From contig CAZBTX010000001.1 in assembly GCA_964494945.1 (NCBI GenBank), positions 3,088-67,087 on the forward strand: a stretch of DNA of 64,000 bases. Reading direction: 5' to 3'. The translations under genes were made by a program, and so were the position numbers. The notes beneath the pieces were generated by a model. It was not told the DNA's origin, ran no database searches, and saw only the letters and a list, made by a program, of their open reading frames with translations. Every line of letters starts with the position of its first letter. Position 1 is the first letter of the stretch. The DNA is from an uncultured Candidatus Saccharibacteria bacterium. Its GTDB lineage: Bacteria; Patescibacteriota; Minisyncoccia; Sungbacterales; JACQCQ01. Below, in pieces: positions 7,668-15,003 of this stretch.

Positions 7668-8392
7668 TGGCGGATAACCAATATAACGAGGCCTATATTA
7701 AAGCCAAAGAGCAACAGGCGGAAAAGCACAAGGAGGTTTCTCACGAAAGATCAAAAGACCGCTTGCCGCCCGGCCAAGTACTTACTAAAACCTTTCCCAT
7801 TCTGGATTTGGGTATTAGGCCGACTTTAGACCGTTATCCCAAGTGGACACTGGAGGTTAAGGGTAACGTGGAAAATCCGATCGTATTATCCATTGATGAA
7901 GTGAAAAAAATGGCCGATACCGATATTACGGCTGATTTTCATTGTGTGACGCGTTGGTCGCGGTATGACCTGCATTGGTCGGGGGTCCCATTTTCTAAGA
8001 TCATGGAGCTTGTAAAACCTCGTCTTTCCGCAAACCCCCACACCAAACGAGAACAGCTGGAGAGTATGAATTTTAGTAGTGTCAGTCCTCGTTCTGGTGT
8101 GGGGGTAAAATTCATAGTTTTCCATTCTTTTGACAAATATACGACGAACGTAACTTTGGATGACGTAATGCAAAAGAACGTTATTGTGGCGACAAAACTG
8201 GAAGGCGGCGAAATACCGCCGGAGCACGGCGGGCCGATCAGGATGATACTGCCGCATCTTTACGGCTGGAAATCGGCCAAATTCTTAACGGCGATTGAAT
8301 TTGTGGACGAAGATAAACCCGGTTTTTGGGAGGTACGGGGATACTCCAATAGAGCGCGCCCCTGGATTGAGGAGAGATACAGTGGCGATTAA
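7667..8392 (+). CDS. Sulfite-oxidase-family molybdopterin oxidoreductase (YedY/MsrP-like catalytic subunit)
   Basis: Motifs typical of the SO family, including the CVTRWS cysteine-ligand region. Its ATG overlaps the stop of the upstream gene (TAATG). Confidence 0.7.
   Translation: MADNQYNEAYIKAKEQQAEKHKEVSHERSKDRLPPGQVLTKTFPILDLGIRPTLDRYPKWTLEVKGNVENPIVLSIDEVKKMADTDITADFHCVTRWSRYDLHWSGVPFSKIMELVKPRLSANPHTKREQLESMNFSSVSPRSGVGVKFIVFHSFDKYTTNVTLDDVMQKNVIVATKLEGGEIPPEHGGPIRMILPHLYGWKSAKFLTAIEFVDEDKPGFWEVRGYSNRARPWIEERYSGD
8035..8105. mobile_element. 71-bp palindromic element CCCCCACACCAAACGAGAAC...GTTCTGGTGTGGGGG, inserted in-frame inside the YedY-like gene
   Basis: 15-bp near-perfect inverted repeat whose outer arms equal the 191-217 hairpin and the MITE termini. 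It encodes NPHTKREQLESMNFSSVSPRSGVGVK in the ORF. Confidence 0.55.
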
Positions 8393-8862
8393 TGATTTTG
8401 GCACACCGTTTCGTTTTTAGGCGCGGAGTCAGGCAGTACGGCGTTTAAAACAGAGCTCACAGCATTAACGATAACGCCATTTTTCGGATTTTCCTCCTTT
8501 AACTCTTGGATTAAGACCTTAGCTCCACCCACAGCCGATTGTAGAATTTCTCTTTCTTTTGCCGTTTTGGGTGCCGGAGTTTGGGCGATAACTTGTATCT
8601 CTTTTTCCAGTTTATCTATTATCTCGGCACGCTTTTCCACGGGATTATCTGGTTTTATCCTTTCGGCGATATTGCCGGCGATGGGCGTTATCTTAGCTTT
8701 TAACGGTGGAAGCAGTTTGTCGGGGGAAAAGTTAGAAAGACCCACCGTAGCCATGGCGTTTTGAGCTTTTGCTTTAATGTTCTTTTGTATTTCCGGCGGT
8801 AAGTAGCGAAATCCAATATAGCCGGATACAACTATAGCTGCAATTATAAAAGATGTTTTCAT
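8389..8862 (-). CDS. Membrane-anchored Lys/Ala-rich hypothetical protein
   Basis: N-terminal TM helix followed by a low-complexity region. Convergent with the YedY-like gene. Confidence 0.45.
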   Translation of the reverse strand: MKTSFIIAAIVVSGYIGFRYLPPEIQKNIKAKAQNAMATVGLSNFSPDKLLPPLKAKITPIAGNIAERIKPDNPVEKRAEIIDKLEKEIQVIAQTPAPKTAKEREILQSAVGGAKVLIQELKEENPKNGVIVNAVSSVLNAVLPDSAPKNETVCQNH

Positions 8863-8930
8863 AAGATAAGCAAATTCATAATAGCATAAATTTTGTGGTG
8901 TTTTATGGTGTTCGGGGTCTTATCCCGCCT

Positions 8931-8962
8931 TATATCCCTAATTCGCACGAATTAGGGATATA
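8931..8962. promoter_or_regulatory. Perfect 15-bp inverted repeat TATATCCCTAATTCG-ca-CGAATTAGGGATATA
   Basis: Read directly. It lies in the promoter region of the minus-strand gene 8389-8862. Confidence 0.4.
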
Positions 8963-9111
8963 TTACAATTATCTGCTATAGCATGTTATTGATGTAATTT
9001 TAAAATTCAAGAATATGAAAAAGACACAAAAATTCAATTTGACCAAGCGTAAAGCGCTGTGCTACGAATAAGACGTTCGCTGACATCTGAATATAAAAAC
9101 GAAAGGGGGCG

Positions 9112-10194
9112 ATGCTGGTGGGACGAAAGTTGGTGAGACGAAGGATGGGGGATTTGCCTAGAGTTCTAAAACAGGGCGCTGTTGCCGTTTTTGTCGTTGA
9201 CGCCGCAACTTCATCCGCTAGCATCGTTTCTCACGTTGCTGCTGTTGAGAAGGCGGCACTGAAACTCGCGATTTTCTTAGAGAAAGATGCGAGCGGCAAA
9301 GAAGAAGTACTGGCGGAGATGGGCATCTTTAGGGGACGTCCCTATCGATCGAACCATAAGGCACGCAATTTTGTTGGGATGCGTTCTTATAAGCGCTCAC
9401 TAACAGAGGTTCAAGCGGGGCTGGCGGCGCGGCATATCTGCCTTTTTCTAGACGGCCTAGTGCACCACCGTAGCCAGCAGGAGAAATTGCCAGGCGAGAA
9501 CGGCAGAATGCGCACGCGCGGCTGGGCCCCGCCCGAGATCGATTGGAACTTCAGGCGTCCCTACGGACCTTGTATCACCATCGAAGAGCGCGATTCCGCC
9601 CTACTCCGTCTTTTTGAGGAGCTGGAGACGCTGAATCCGCTTCTCGGCTGGGGAGTGCAGAAGGTAGCGAACGTCGCCAATCATGGTAACTTTCAGAAGA
9701 CCTACCGTGTCCGGAAGAAGGGTGGTAAGTTTCCCAAAAGTTGGTGGGAAGCAGTTGAACTTCTGAAGAAGCGCGACCGGCGGCCGTATTTGAGGCCGCA
9801 TGTTTTGGCGAAAATCGCTTGCCGCGTCAGAAATACTTCCAAGCGGGACAAGCTGTATAACGCGAAGCGTTTCATCGAACTCTGCCGTGAGGAAGAGCTC
9901 GTCGGCCCGTGGGGATACGATCGGGCGCCGCATTATCTCACGCATCCGTACAAGTTTAAGATCCTCCCGCGGGGGGCGGAGTTCTGGGACGTGCTGGAGG
10001 GAAACCACGGCGTGGCCGTAAGTTTCATCCGCAAGATCGAGAGCCGCTACACGATTCGTATCGTGGAGCGAAGAGCAAGTTGGCACAGGAGGAACGAAAA
10101 ACACCAAGCAGCCAACGGTCACACAGAACAAGGTGATCTCTTCGCCGACGATGCGGCGTTCCAAGAGTTCTCACGCATCATTGACGAAGCTTAG
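9112..10194 (+). CDS. Hypothetical 360-aa basic protein, first gene of a GC-rich two-gene island
   Basis: ATG after AAAGGGGGCG. No family recognised. The dense antisense ORFs in the track indicate high GC. Confidence 0.45.
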   Translation: MLVGRKLVRRRMGDLPRVLKQGAVAVFVVDAATSSASIVSHVAAVEKAALKLAIFLEKDASGKEEVLAEMGIFRGRPYRSNHKARNFVGMRSYKRSLTEVQAGLAARHICLFLDGLVHHRSQQEKLPGENGRMRTRGWAPPEIDWNFRRPYGPCITIEERDSALLRLFEELETLNPLLGWGVQKVANVANHGNFQKTYRVRKKGGKFPKSWWEAVELLKKRDRRPYLRPHVLAKIACRVRNTSKRDKLYNAKRFIELCREEELVGPWGYDRAPHYLTHPYKFKILPRGAEFWDVLEGNHGVAVSFIRKIESRYTIRIVERRASWHRRNEKHQAANGHTEQGDLFADDAAFQEFSRIIDEA

Positions 10195-10211
10195 AAGAAA
10201 GGAGGCGCGGC

Positions 10212-11399
10212 ATGGCTAAGCTCGGTACGGGCGCGGCCCTGCCGCGCCCTGATCTCGAACGAGCGGAGTTCGTGTTTCAGAAGCTCGCGAGGGCATGGCG
10301 GGAGCGTGAAAGCGGTGGGTACTTCGGGGGTCTGGTGGCGCCGCAACAACGCTATATGCCCGAAGTCATCAAGAAAAATCCCGACCGCGTCGCGCAGTTC
10401 CTCACGTTTTCCGCCATACTCATGCGCGGCTCGGTTGACTCGGATCATATGTTCGCTTTCGTGGAGAAGTTCTACCGCCTGTACCCTCACTTTTTTGACC
10501 CGCGGGTGCTGGCGCGAACAAAACCGGATGTTTTGGAATCGGTCTTGCGTGAAACCGCGCGCCTTTCTTATCCTAGGGCCTCATATGAGCGCCTCAAAGG
10601 GATAGGCCCGCTCGGGTACAAAGCGGACGAGTTCATACAGCATCTTATCGCCATGGCGCGGGGGATCTGCGATCAATGGGAAGGAGATGCGCGGAATATC
10701 TTCTACGGCGTCAGCAACTTTGACGAGGCGGTGAAGCGCGTCAAGTTCCAGGGCATAGGAGAAAAAATCCTGGCGCTCTGGATGCTGTGGTTCTGGGAGT
10801 TCGGGTTGATACCCAAGGATGTGTCGCTGCCGGGTGTGGCGGACTTTCACTTCCTCCGGATACTTCTCGCCAACCGCATTTGGCAGCCGGAGTTAAAGCC
10901 GCTTCGTGAGGTAGTGCGCGCCGCAGGCCAAAAGCGGTTTCTGCCGCACCTTCTGGAGACGCCGGGCGTGAGGGTTTTAGACAGCACGCGCAATCGCCTG
11001 ATGCGCTGGACGGACGAGTTCCTGCGAGACTTGGGGCTTGACTCTTATGATGTCTCGCACGGTACGTGGTATCTGTCACGGGAGTTCTGCTCGCTCTATC
11101 CCGGGAACAGGGCATCCTCTACCGGTAGGAAAAAGCGAAACGAGATAGTCATAACCGGTTTCGCGGATCTCATAGGGCTTGAGCGCGGCGAGGGCTGGCC
11201 CGATCGTCCCGACTACTGCGGCACCTGCCCGCTCTCATCAACCTGCGAGCTCTCGGTCCCCAACGCGCCGTACTACAGGAACGGCGTAATGGCGGTGGTG
11301 GGGAAGCGCATTCATTCGCCGTTTACGGAACTGCCGGTTATGCGCGAGGTGCCGAGAGACTTTAAGGAAAGGTCATCGGCCTGGAGCCCCGCCCGTTGA
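10212..11399 (+). CDS. HhH-GPD superfamily DNA-glycosylase-like protein with a C-terminal Cys cluster
   Basis: ATG after GAAAGGAGGCGCGGC. FQGIGEKILALWMLWFWEFG...VADFHFLRI aligns by eye with the EndoIII LPGVGRKTA...AVDTHIFRV HhH-GPD segment. A second L-x-GIG hairpin is present. The C-terminal C-x2-C-x5-C is CGTCPLSSTC. Confidence 0.45.
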   Translation: MAKLGTGAALPRPDLERAEFVFQKLARAWRERESGGYFGGLVAPQQRYMPEVIKKNPDRVAQFLTFSAILMRGSVDSDHMFAFVEKFYRLYPHFFDPRVLARTKPDVLESVLRETARLSYPRASYERLKGIGPLGYKADEFIQHLIAMARGICDQWEGDARNIFYGVSNFDEAVKRVKFQGIGEKILALWMLWFWEFGLIPKDVSLPGVADFHFLRILLANRIWQPELKPLREVVRAAGQKRFLPHLLETPGVRVLDSTRNRLMRWTDEFLRDLGLDSYDVSHGTWYLSREFCSLYPGNRASSTGRKKRNEIVITGFADLIGLERGEGWPDRPDYCGTCPLSSTCELSVPNAPYYRNGVMAVVGKRIHSPFTELPVMREVPRDFKERSSAWSPAR

Positions 11400-11430
11400 A
11401 GCACAGCGCGGCGGGGCTCTTTTCTTTTGC
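11387..11430 (+). terminator. Terminator CCCCGCC...GGCGGGG followed by CTCTTTTCTTTTG
   Basis: 7-bp GC stem and T-rich tail after the stop of 10212-11399. Confidence 0.45.
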
Positions 11431-11446
11431 GGGAAAATTGGACATA

Positions 11447-11776
11447 ATGTTCGGGATGATTACACTTGACGATTTTAAGAAAGTTGAAATGAAAGTCGGC
11501 AAAGTTTTGGCGGCCGAACGTGTAGATGACTCGGAGAAACTTTTGAAATTGCGGGTAGATATCGGGAGCGAGAAGCGGCAAATTATCGCGGGTATAGGCA
11601 GCTATTACGCTCCGGAGGAGCTTATGGGGCGAAATATCATAGTTGTCGTGAATTTAGAGCCGCGGATGTTGATGGGCTTAGAATCACAGGGTATGCTACT
11701 CGCAGCTTCCTGTGAGGGCGAAATTTCGATTATTATACCGGATAAAGACGTGGCGCCCGGATCAATTATTCGCTGA
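11447..11776 (+). CDS. tRNA-binding-domain protein (CsaA/Trbp111-like OB fold)
   Basis: LDDFKKVEMKVGKVLAAERVDDSEKLLKLRVDIG...IIAGI matches the tRNA_bind/EMAP-type domain. Confidence 0.65.
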   Translation: MFGMITLDDFKKVEMKVGKVLAAERVDDSEKLLKLRVDIGSEKRQIIAGIGSYYAPEELMGRNIIVVVNLEPRMLMGLESQGMLLAASCEGEISIIIPDKDVAPGSIIR

Positions 11777-11794
11777 TAAAAAGATAAAAACAGT

Positions 11795-12262
11795 ATGGAA
11801 GCGCTATTATCAAAAAAATTTATTCTTATTACTCTTGGGTTTTTAGTTGTGCTGGCACTTGTTACTAGTTTTGGTTTGCGCTGGTATAGCGCTAGGCAGG
11901 AAGCGGCCGGAACCGCTAAAGAAGAAGCGGCTCGTCAAAATGAAACGAATGCCGCCAGGAATATCAAAGAAAATCGTGTGAATTATATCGATGATGGTTT
12001 CTCGCCAAAGGAACTTACTATTGCGGCCGATAGGGGACTGGGTTGCGTGGTGAATGTAGAAAATCAAAGTACTCACGCACTGACGGTTGGTCTTTCGCCG
12101 CATAATCCCGTCAAAGACCCAGGCCAAAATTATCTTCCCGTGCCGCCGGGAGAGAACGTCATGTTTGACCCGCGTTATTCCGGGTACACGGAACTTAGTT
12201 TTCACGACCACGAACGGCCGCAATTTGAATTTACCGTAAAATTTGAGAAGTCATGTCAATGA
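11795..12262 (+). CDS. Membrane-anchored hypothetical protein
   Basis: N-terminal TM helix. No confident family. Confidence 0.4.
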   Translation: MEALLSKKFILITLGFLVVLALVTSFGLRWYSARQEAAGTAKEEAARQNETNAARNIKENRVNYIDDGFSPKELTIAADRGLGCVVNVENQSTHALTVGLSPHNPVKDPGQNYLPVPPGENVMFDPRYSGYTELSFHDHERPQFEFTVKFEKSCQ

Positions 12263-12390
12263 TCTCTTTCTAGGTCAATACTTCGCTATAGCAGAGTATT
12301 GTACGTTCCAATGTTTTGCAGAACATTGGAACATATTTTAGGTTGGTTCGGGTTAATTAGGTCGTAAATTATGTCTGGATTTAGTATCAG

Positions 12391-13284
12391 TCAGTATTGG
12401 TAAGTGTCCACGATGAGGCTGTTTTCGTCGTAGAGGGTTATAATATCGTGGAGTTCGCGCCAGAGTTTTTCGGTGCGGTTTAGATATAGATGCCAGGTGT
12501 TCCTGTAAAAATCTGAAGCATTCCTGAAGTCGTCAACGCACCCCCGGTAATGCATATGATTGGCGATAAATTGGGTACATTCGTCTCCGATGCCGATGGT
12601 GGCCTCACCGGAAATAACGGGTATGCGGCAGGTCGAAAATTTACTTTCTAAAAAGCGCAGGCACACGTCTTTTAAGCTGACAAGTTTGGCAATATCGATC
12701 CGCGGGCACGATTCCGAAAGCCGCGGCGAGAAATCGTTATTTTCGTTAAGGTATCCCGTGCAGGCGTTCTCCCGAAATCCAACATTGACAGGACTGGAAC
12801 CCGTGTGGATGAAAGCTTCTTGATTAGGTTCAAATTTTACCACCGACTTATCAGACACTAACGGGATCAGCGCACCCTCTCCTAAGAGATAACGCTTACC
12901 CTGGGTGTTCGCGAGGGACCAATTGTGAATGTAGATCGGCCCTTTCTTATTCCCCGTATTGTAAATTCTCACGTATTGATCGCGAATCCCGCCGTAGGCC
13001 GCGCCGCTGACGCTTGAAATTTTAACGCTGCCGCGGAAGCCAGAGATGCCAGATTCTGGTTTTAGCACCGGTGCCGGCGGTTCATAACCCGTGCCGCCTG
13101 CCGGAGCCGGTTCTTTAACTCCAGCCGGTGATGAGCCCCAAAACCCGCCGCCGGGTCCGGAGGCGCGGGGGCCGGGAGATAAGAAGTTAAATCCCAAAGT
13201 CCCTTCTTTCACGATGCCAAATCCGCCGGTTGCGATTACCGCGACCGCCACCAAAAGCCCAAAAATTAGAAATACTTTGTCCAT
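12391..13284 (-). CDS. Secreted/membrane-anchored protein with a lamin-tail (LTD)-like domain
   Basis: SVSGAAYGGIRDQYVRIYNTGNKKGPIYIHNWSL is an LTD-like pattern. N-terminal TM anchor. Confidence 0.45.
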   Translation of the reverse strand: MDKVFLIFGLLVAVAVIATGGFGIVKEGTLGFNFLSPGPRASGPGGGFWGSSPAGVKEPAPAGGTGYEPPAPVLKPESGISGFRGSVKISSVSGAAYGGIRDQYVRIYNTGNKKGPIYIHNWSLANTQGKRYLLGEGALIPLVSDKSVVKFEPNQEAFIHTGSSPVNVGFRENACTGYLNENNDFSPRLSESCPRIDIAKLVSLKDVCLRFLESKFSTCRIPVISGEATIGIGDECTQFIANHMHYRGCVDDFRNASDFYRNTWHLYLNRTEKLWRELHDIITLYDENSLIVDTYQY

Positions 13285-13394
13285 CCCGTTAGAAGCAGAT
13301 CGCGATCAGAGTCGCTTTCTGCTTATAATAATCTCTTAATAATGCCATAATTTATTCTTTAAACTTCTTTCGCGATCGCGGCTTCTAACGGGAT
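13283..13394. repeat. Palindromic element of about 110 bp with ATCCCGTTAGAAGC / GCTTCTAACGGGAT termini (repeat family 2)
   Basis: 14-bp perfect terminal inverted repeat. Its arms CCGTTAGAAGCAGATCGCGATCAGAGTCGCTTTCTGC recur in inverted orientation at 17531-17644. Confidence 0.6.
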
Positions 13395-13413
13395 CCATGT
13401 CTAAAGTTTATAT

Positions 13414-14484
13414 TTATAGAAGCACCGCGCCGATGATATCAGGATGTCCGCGTATGAATTCTTCGGCGGTCATCGACTTTCCGCCCGCGGGGCATAATCG
13501 GTCAACGGCCAACGCTCCCTTCGCGGTTTCCACCGCCATAGGCGTTCCCTCGGCTCGCCAGACGGTGCCGGGCGGATTCACCCGAGTACTCGGTATGGCG
13601 CGAGCGGCTTCTATCTTCAAGCGTAGCGCATCACGGTCCCTCTGCCAAAAACAGTGCGATTCGGGCCAGCGGAGGTAAGCCCTGATCTGGCGTTCCAACT
13701 CTTCGGCGGTTTTATCCCACGTGAGCTTGCCGTCCTCTTTTTTCAGTATTTTCGTGTAGGTCGCGAACGCATGGTCTTGCGGAGCCGGTTCTAAACTCCC
13801 TTGAAGCCAGGCCGGAATGGCATTTTTGGCGCACTCCGCGCCAAGTTTCGCCAGCCGCTTTGAAAGCGTTTGTCCGGTATCCCGGTCTTCAATCCGGAGT
13901 CGCGCTTGGGTTAAAATCGGGCCGTGGTCCATTTCTTTGTCCATTAGCATAATAGTGACACCGGTCTCTTTTTCTCCCGCCAGAATAGCGCTTTCAATCG
14001 GGGAAGCGCCGCGATACTTGGGAAGGAGCGACGGATGGATATTCAAAGCGCCGTGCCTGGGAATGCCGAGAATCTCATCGGGAATTATCTTGCCGTAAGC
14101 CGCCACTAAGAAGAGGTCGGAGTCTAGATCGCGCAACATTCTCACAAACTCTGGGTCGCGCAAGGTTTCCGGCTGGAAGATTTTAATACCGTGATTTAGG
14201 GCGAATTCTTTCACGGGGGTAGGGGATAATATTTGGGCTCTCCCCACCGGACGTGGGGGGTTGGTAACTACCGCTACTACCTCCATTCCCGCATTCAAGA
14301 CCTCCGAAAGCGCCGGCACGGAGAATTCAGGGGTGCCCCAAAAAACAATGCGCGGGTTTTTATCCCCACACCTTCCCGAATACCCCACGGTCTTGCTGCG
14401 GGGATGAAGGGCGGATTCAGATCCTTCTCGCGGAGTATAATACCCCGTGGGAAGGTGTGGGGATTTATTAGAAACGTGTTTCAT
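13414..14484 (-). CDS. fmt: Methionyl-tRNA formyltransferase. The six-frame ORF carries an N-terminal extension encoded by the MITE-like element; the functional start is probably near 14350.
   Basis: Core PRIVFWGTPEFSVPALSEVL...HPSLLPKYRGASPI is the Fmt pattern. No ATG or GTG lies between the MITE and the conserved RIVF segment. Confidence 0.85.
   Translation of the reverse strand: MKHVSNKSPHLPTGYYTPREGSESALHPRSKTVGYSGRCGDKNPRIVFWGTPEFSVPALSEVLNAGMEVVAVVTNPPRPVGRAQILSPTPVKEFALNHGIKIFQPETLRDPEFVRMLRDLDSDLFLVAAYGKIIPDEILGIPRHGALNIHPSLLPKYRGASPIESAILAGEKETGVTIMLMDKEMDHGPILTQARLRIEDRDTGQTLSKRLAKLGAECAKNAIPAWLQGSLEPAPQDHAFATYTKILKKEDGKLTWDKTAEELERQIRAYLRWPESHCFWQRDRDALRLKIEAARAIPSTRVNPPGTVWRAEGTPMAVETAKGALAVDRLCPAGGKSMTAEEFIRGHPDIIGAVLL
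14357..14470. mobile_element. MITE-like element, long form of 114 bp, exactly filling the def/fmt junction
   Basis: TTTTTATCCCCACACCTTCCC...GGGAAGGTGTGGGGATTTATTA is a 16-20-bp terminal inverted repeat. The interior is about 85% identical to 1248-1360. Confidence 0.65.
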
Positions 14485-15001
14485 CGGGTGTTATGTCAAA
14501 GAGGCGGACTACCTTGTCAATGAAAAGAATGCCGTCCAGATGGTCCAACTCATGCTGGATGACGCGCGCGAAAAATTTGGAAGCGCCGTGCGAAAATTTT
14601 TTGCCGTTCTCATCATAGGCCTCCACTTCAATTTTTTCCGGCCGCCCGACGATGCCGTATTTGCCGGGCACCGAAAGGCATCCCTCCACGAACTCGGTCT
14701 TTTTTGTTGAGAACTTTTTAATGACAGGATTGATATAAACGTATTGGGCCCAATTTTCGCGCTCCCGCCGCTTAGGGTCTTCAATGAATTTTGCTTCTTC
14801 GGAAACGACAAAAACGCGAAGTGGTATGCCGATTTGCGGCGCGGCAATGCCGATGCCGTCTCGGCTGGCAGAGAGTGCCGCTTTCATGTTTTCAATTTTT
14901 TGAGCAACTTTGGGTGAACCGAGGGAGGCCAAGTCCACCTCTTGAGAACGTCGGCGGAGCAGGGGATTGGGTTCGGTCAATATACGCGGTGTCATGGGCA
15001 T
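14468..15001 (-). CDS. def: Peptide deformylase
   Basis: GIGIAAPQIG, EGCLS and HELDH motifs. Confidence 0.9.
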   Translation of the reverse strand: MPMTPRILTEPNPLLRRRSQEVDLASLGSPKVAQKIENMKAALSASRDGIGIAAPQIGIPLRVFVVSEEAKFIEDPKRRERENWAQYVYINPVIKKFSTKKTEFVEGCLSVPGKYGIVGRPEKIEVEAYDENGKKFSHGASKFFARVIQHELDHLDGILFIDKVVRLFDITPDETRF

Positions 15002-15003
15002 AA

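Noticed and set aside
13091-13339. ORFs 13091-13339 (+) and 17585-17914 (-), which share the peptide SIPLEADRD(Q/R)SRFL
   Set aside because: The shared peptide is simply the translation of the CCCGTTAGAAGC repeat element in one frame. Both ORFs overlap better-supported genes (the LTD-protein gene and ctpA) and have no start signals.
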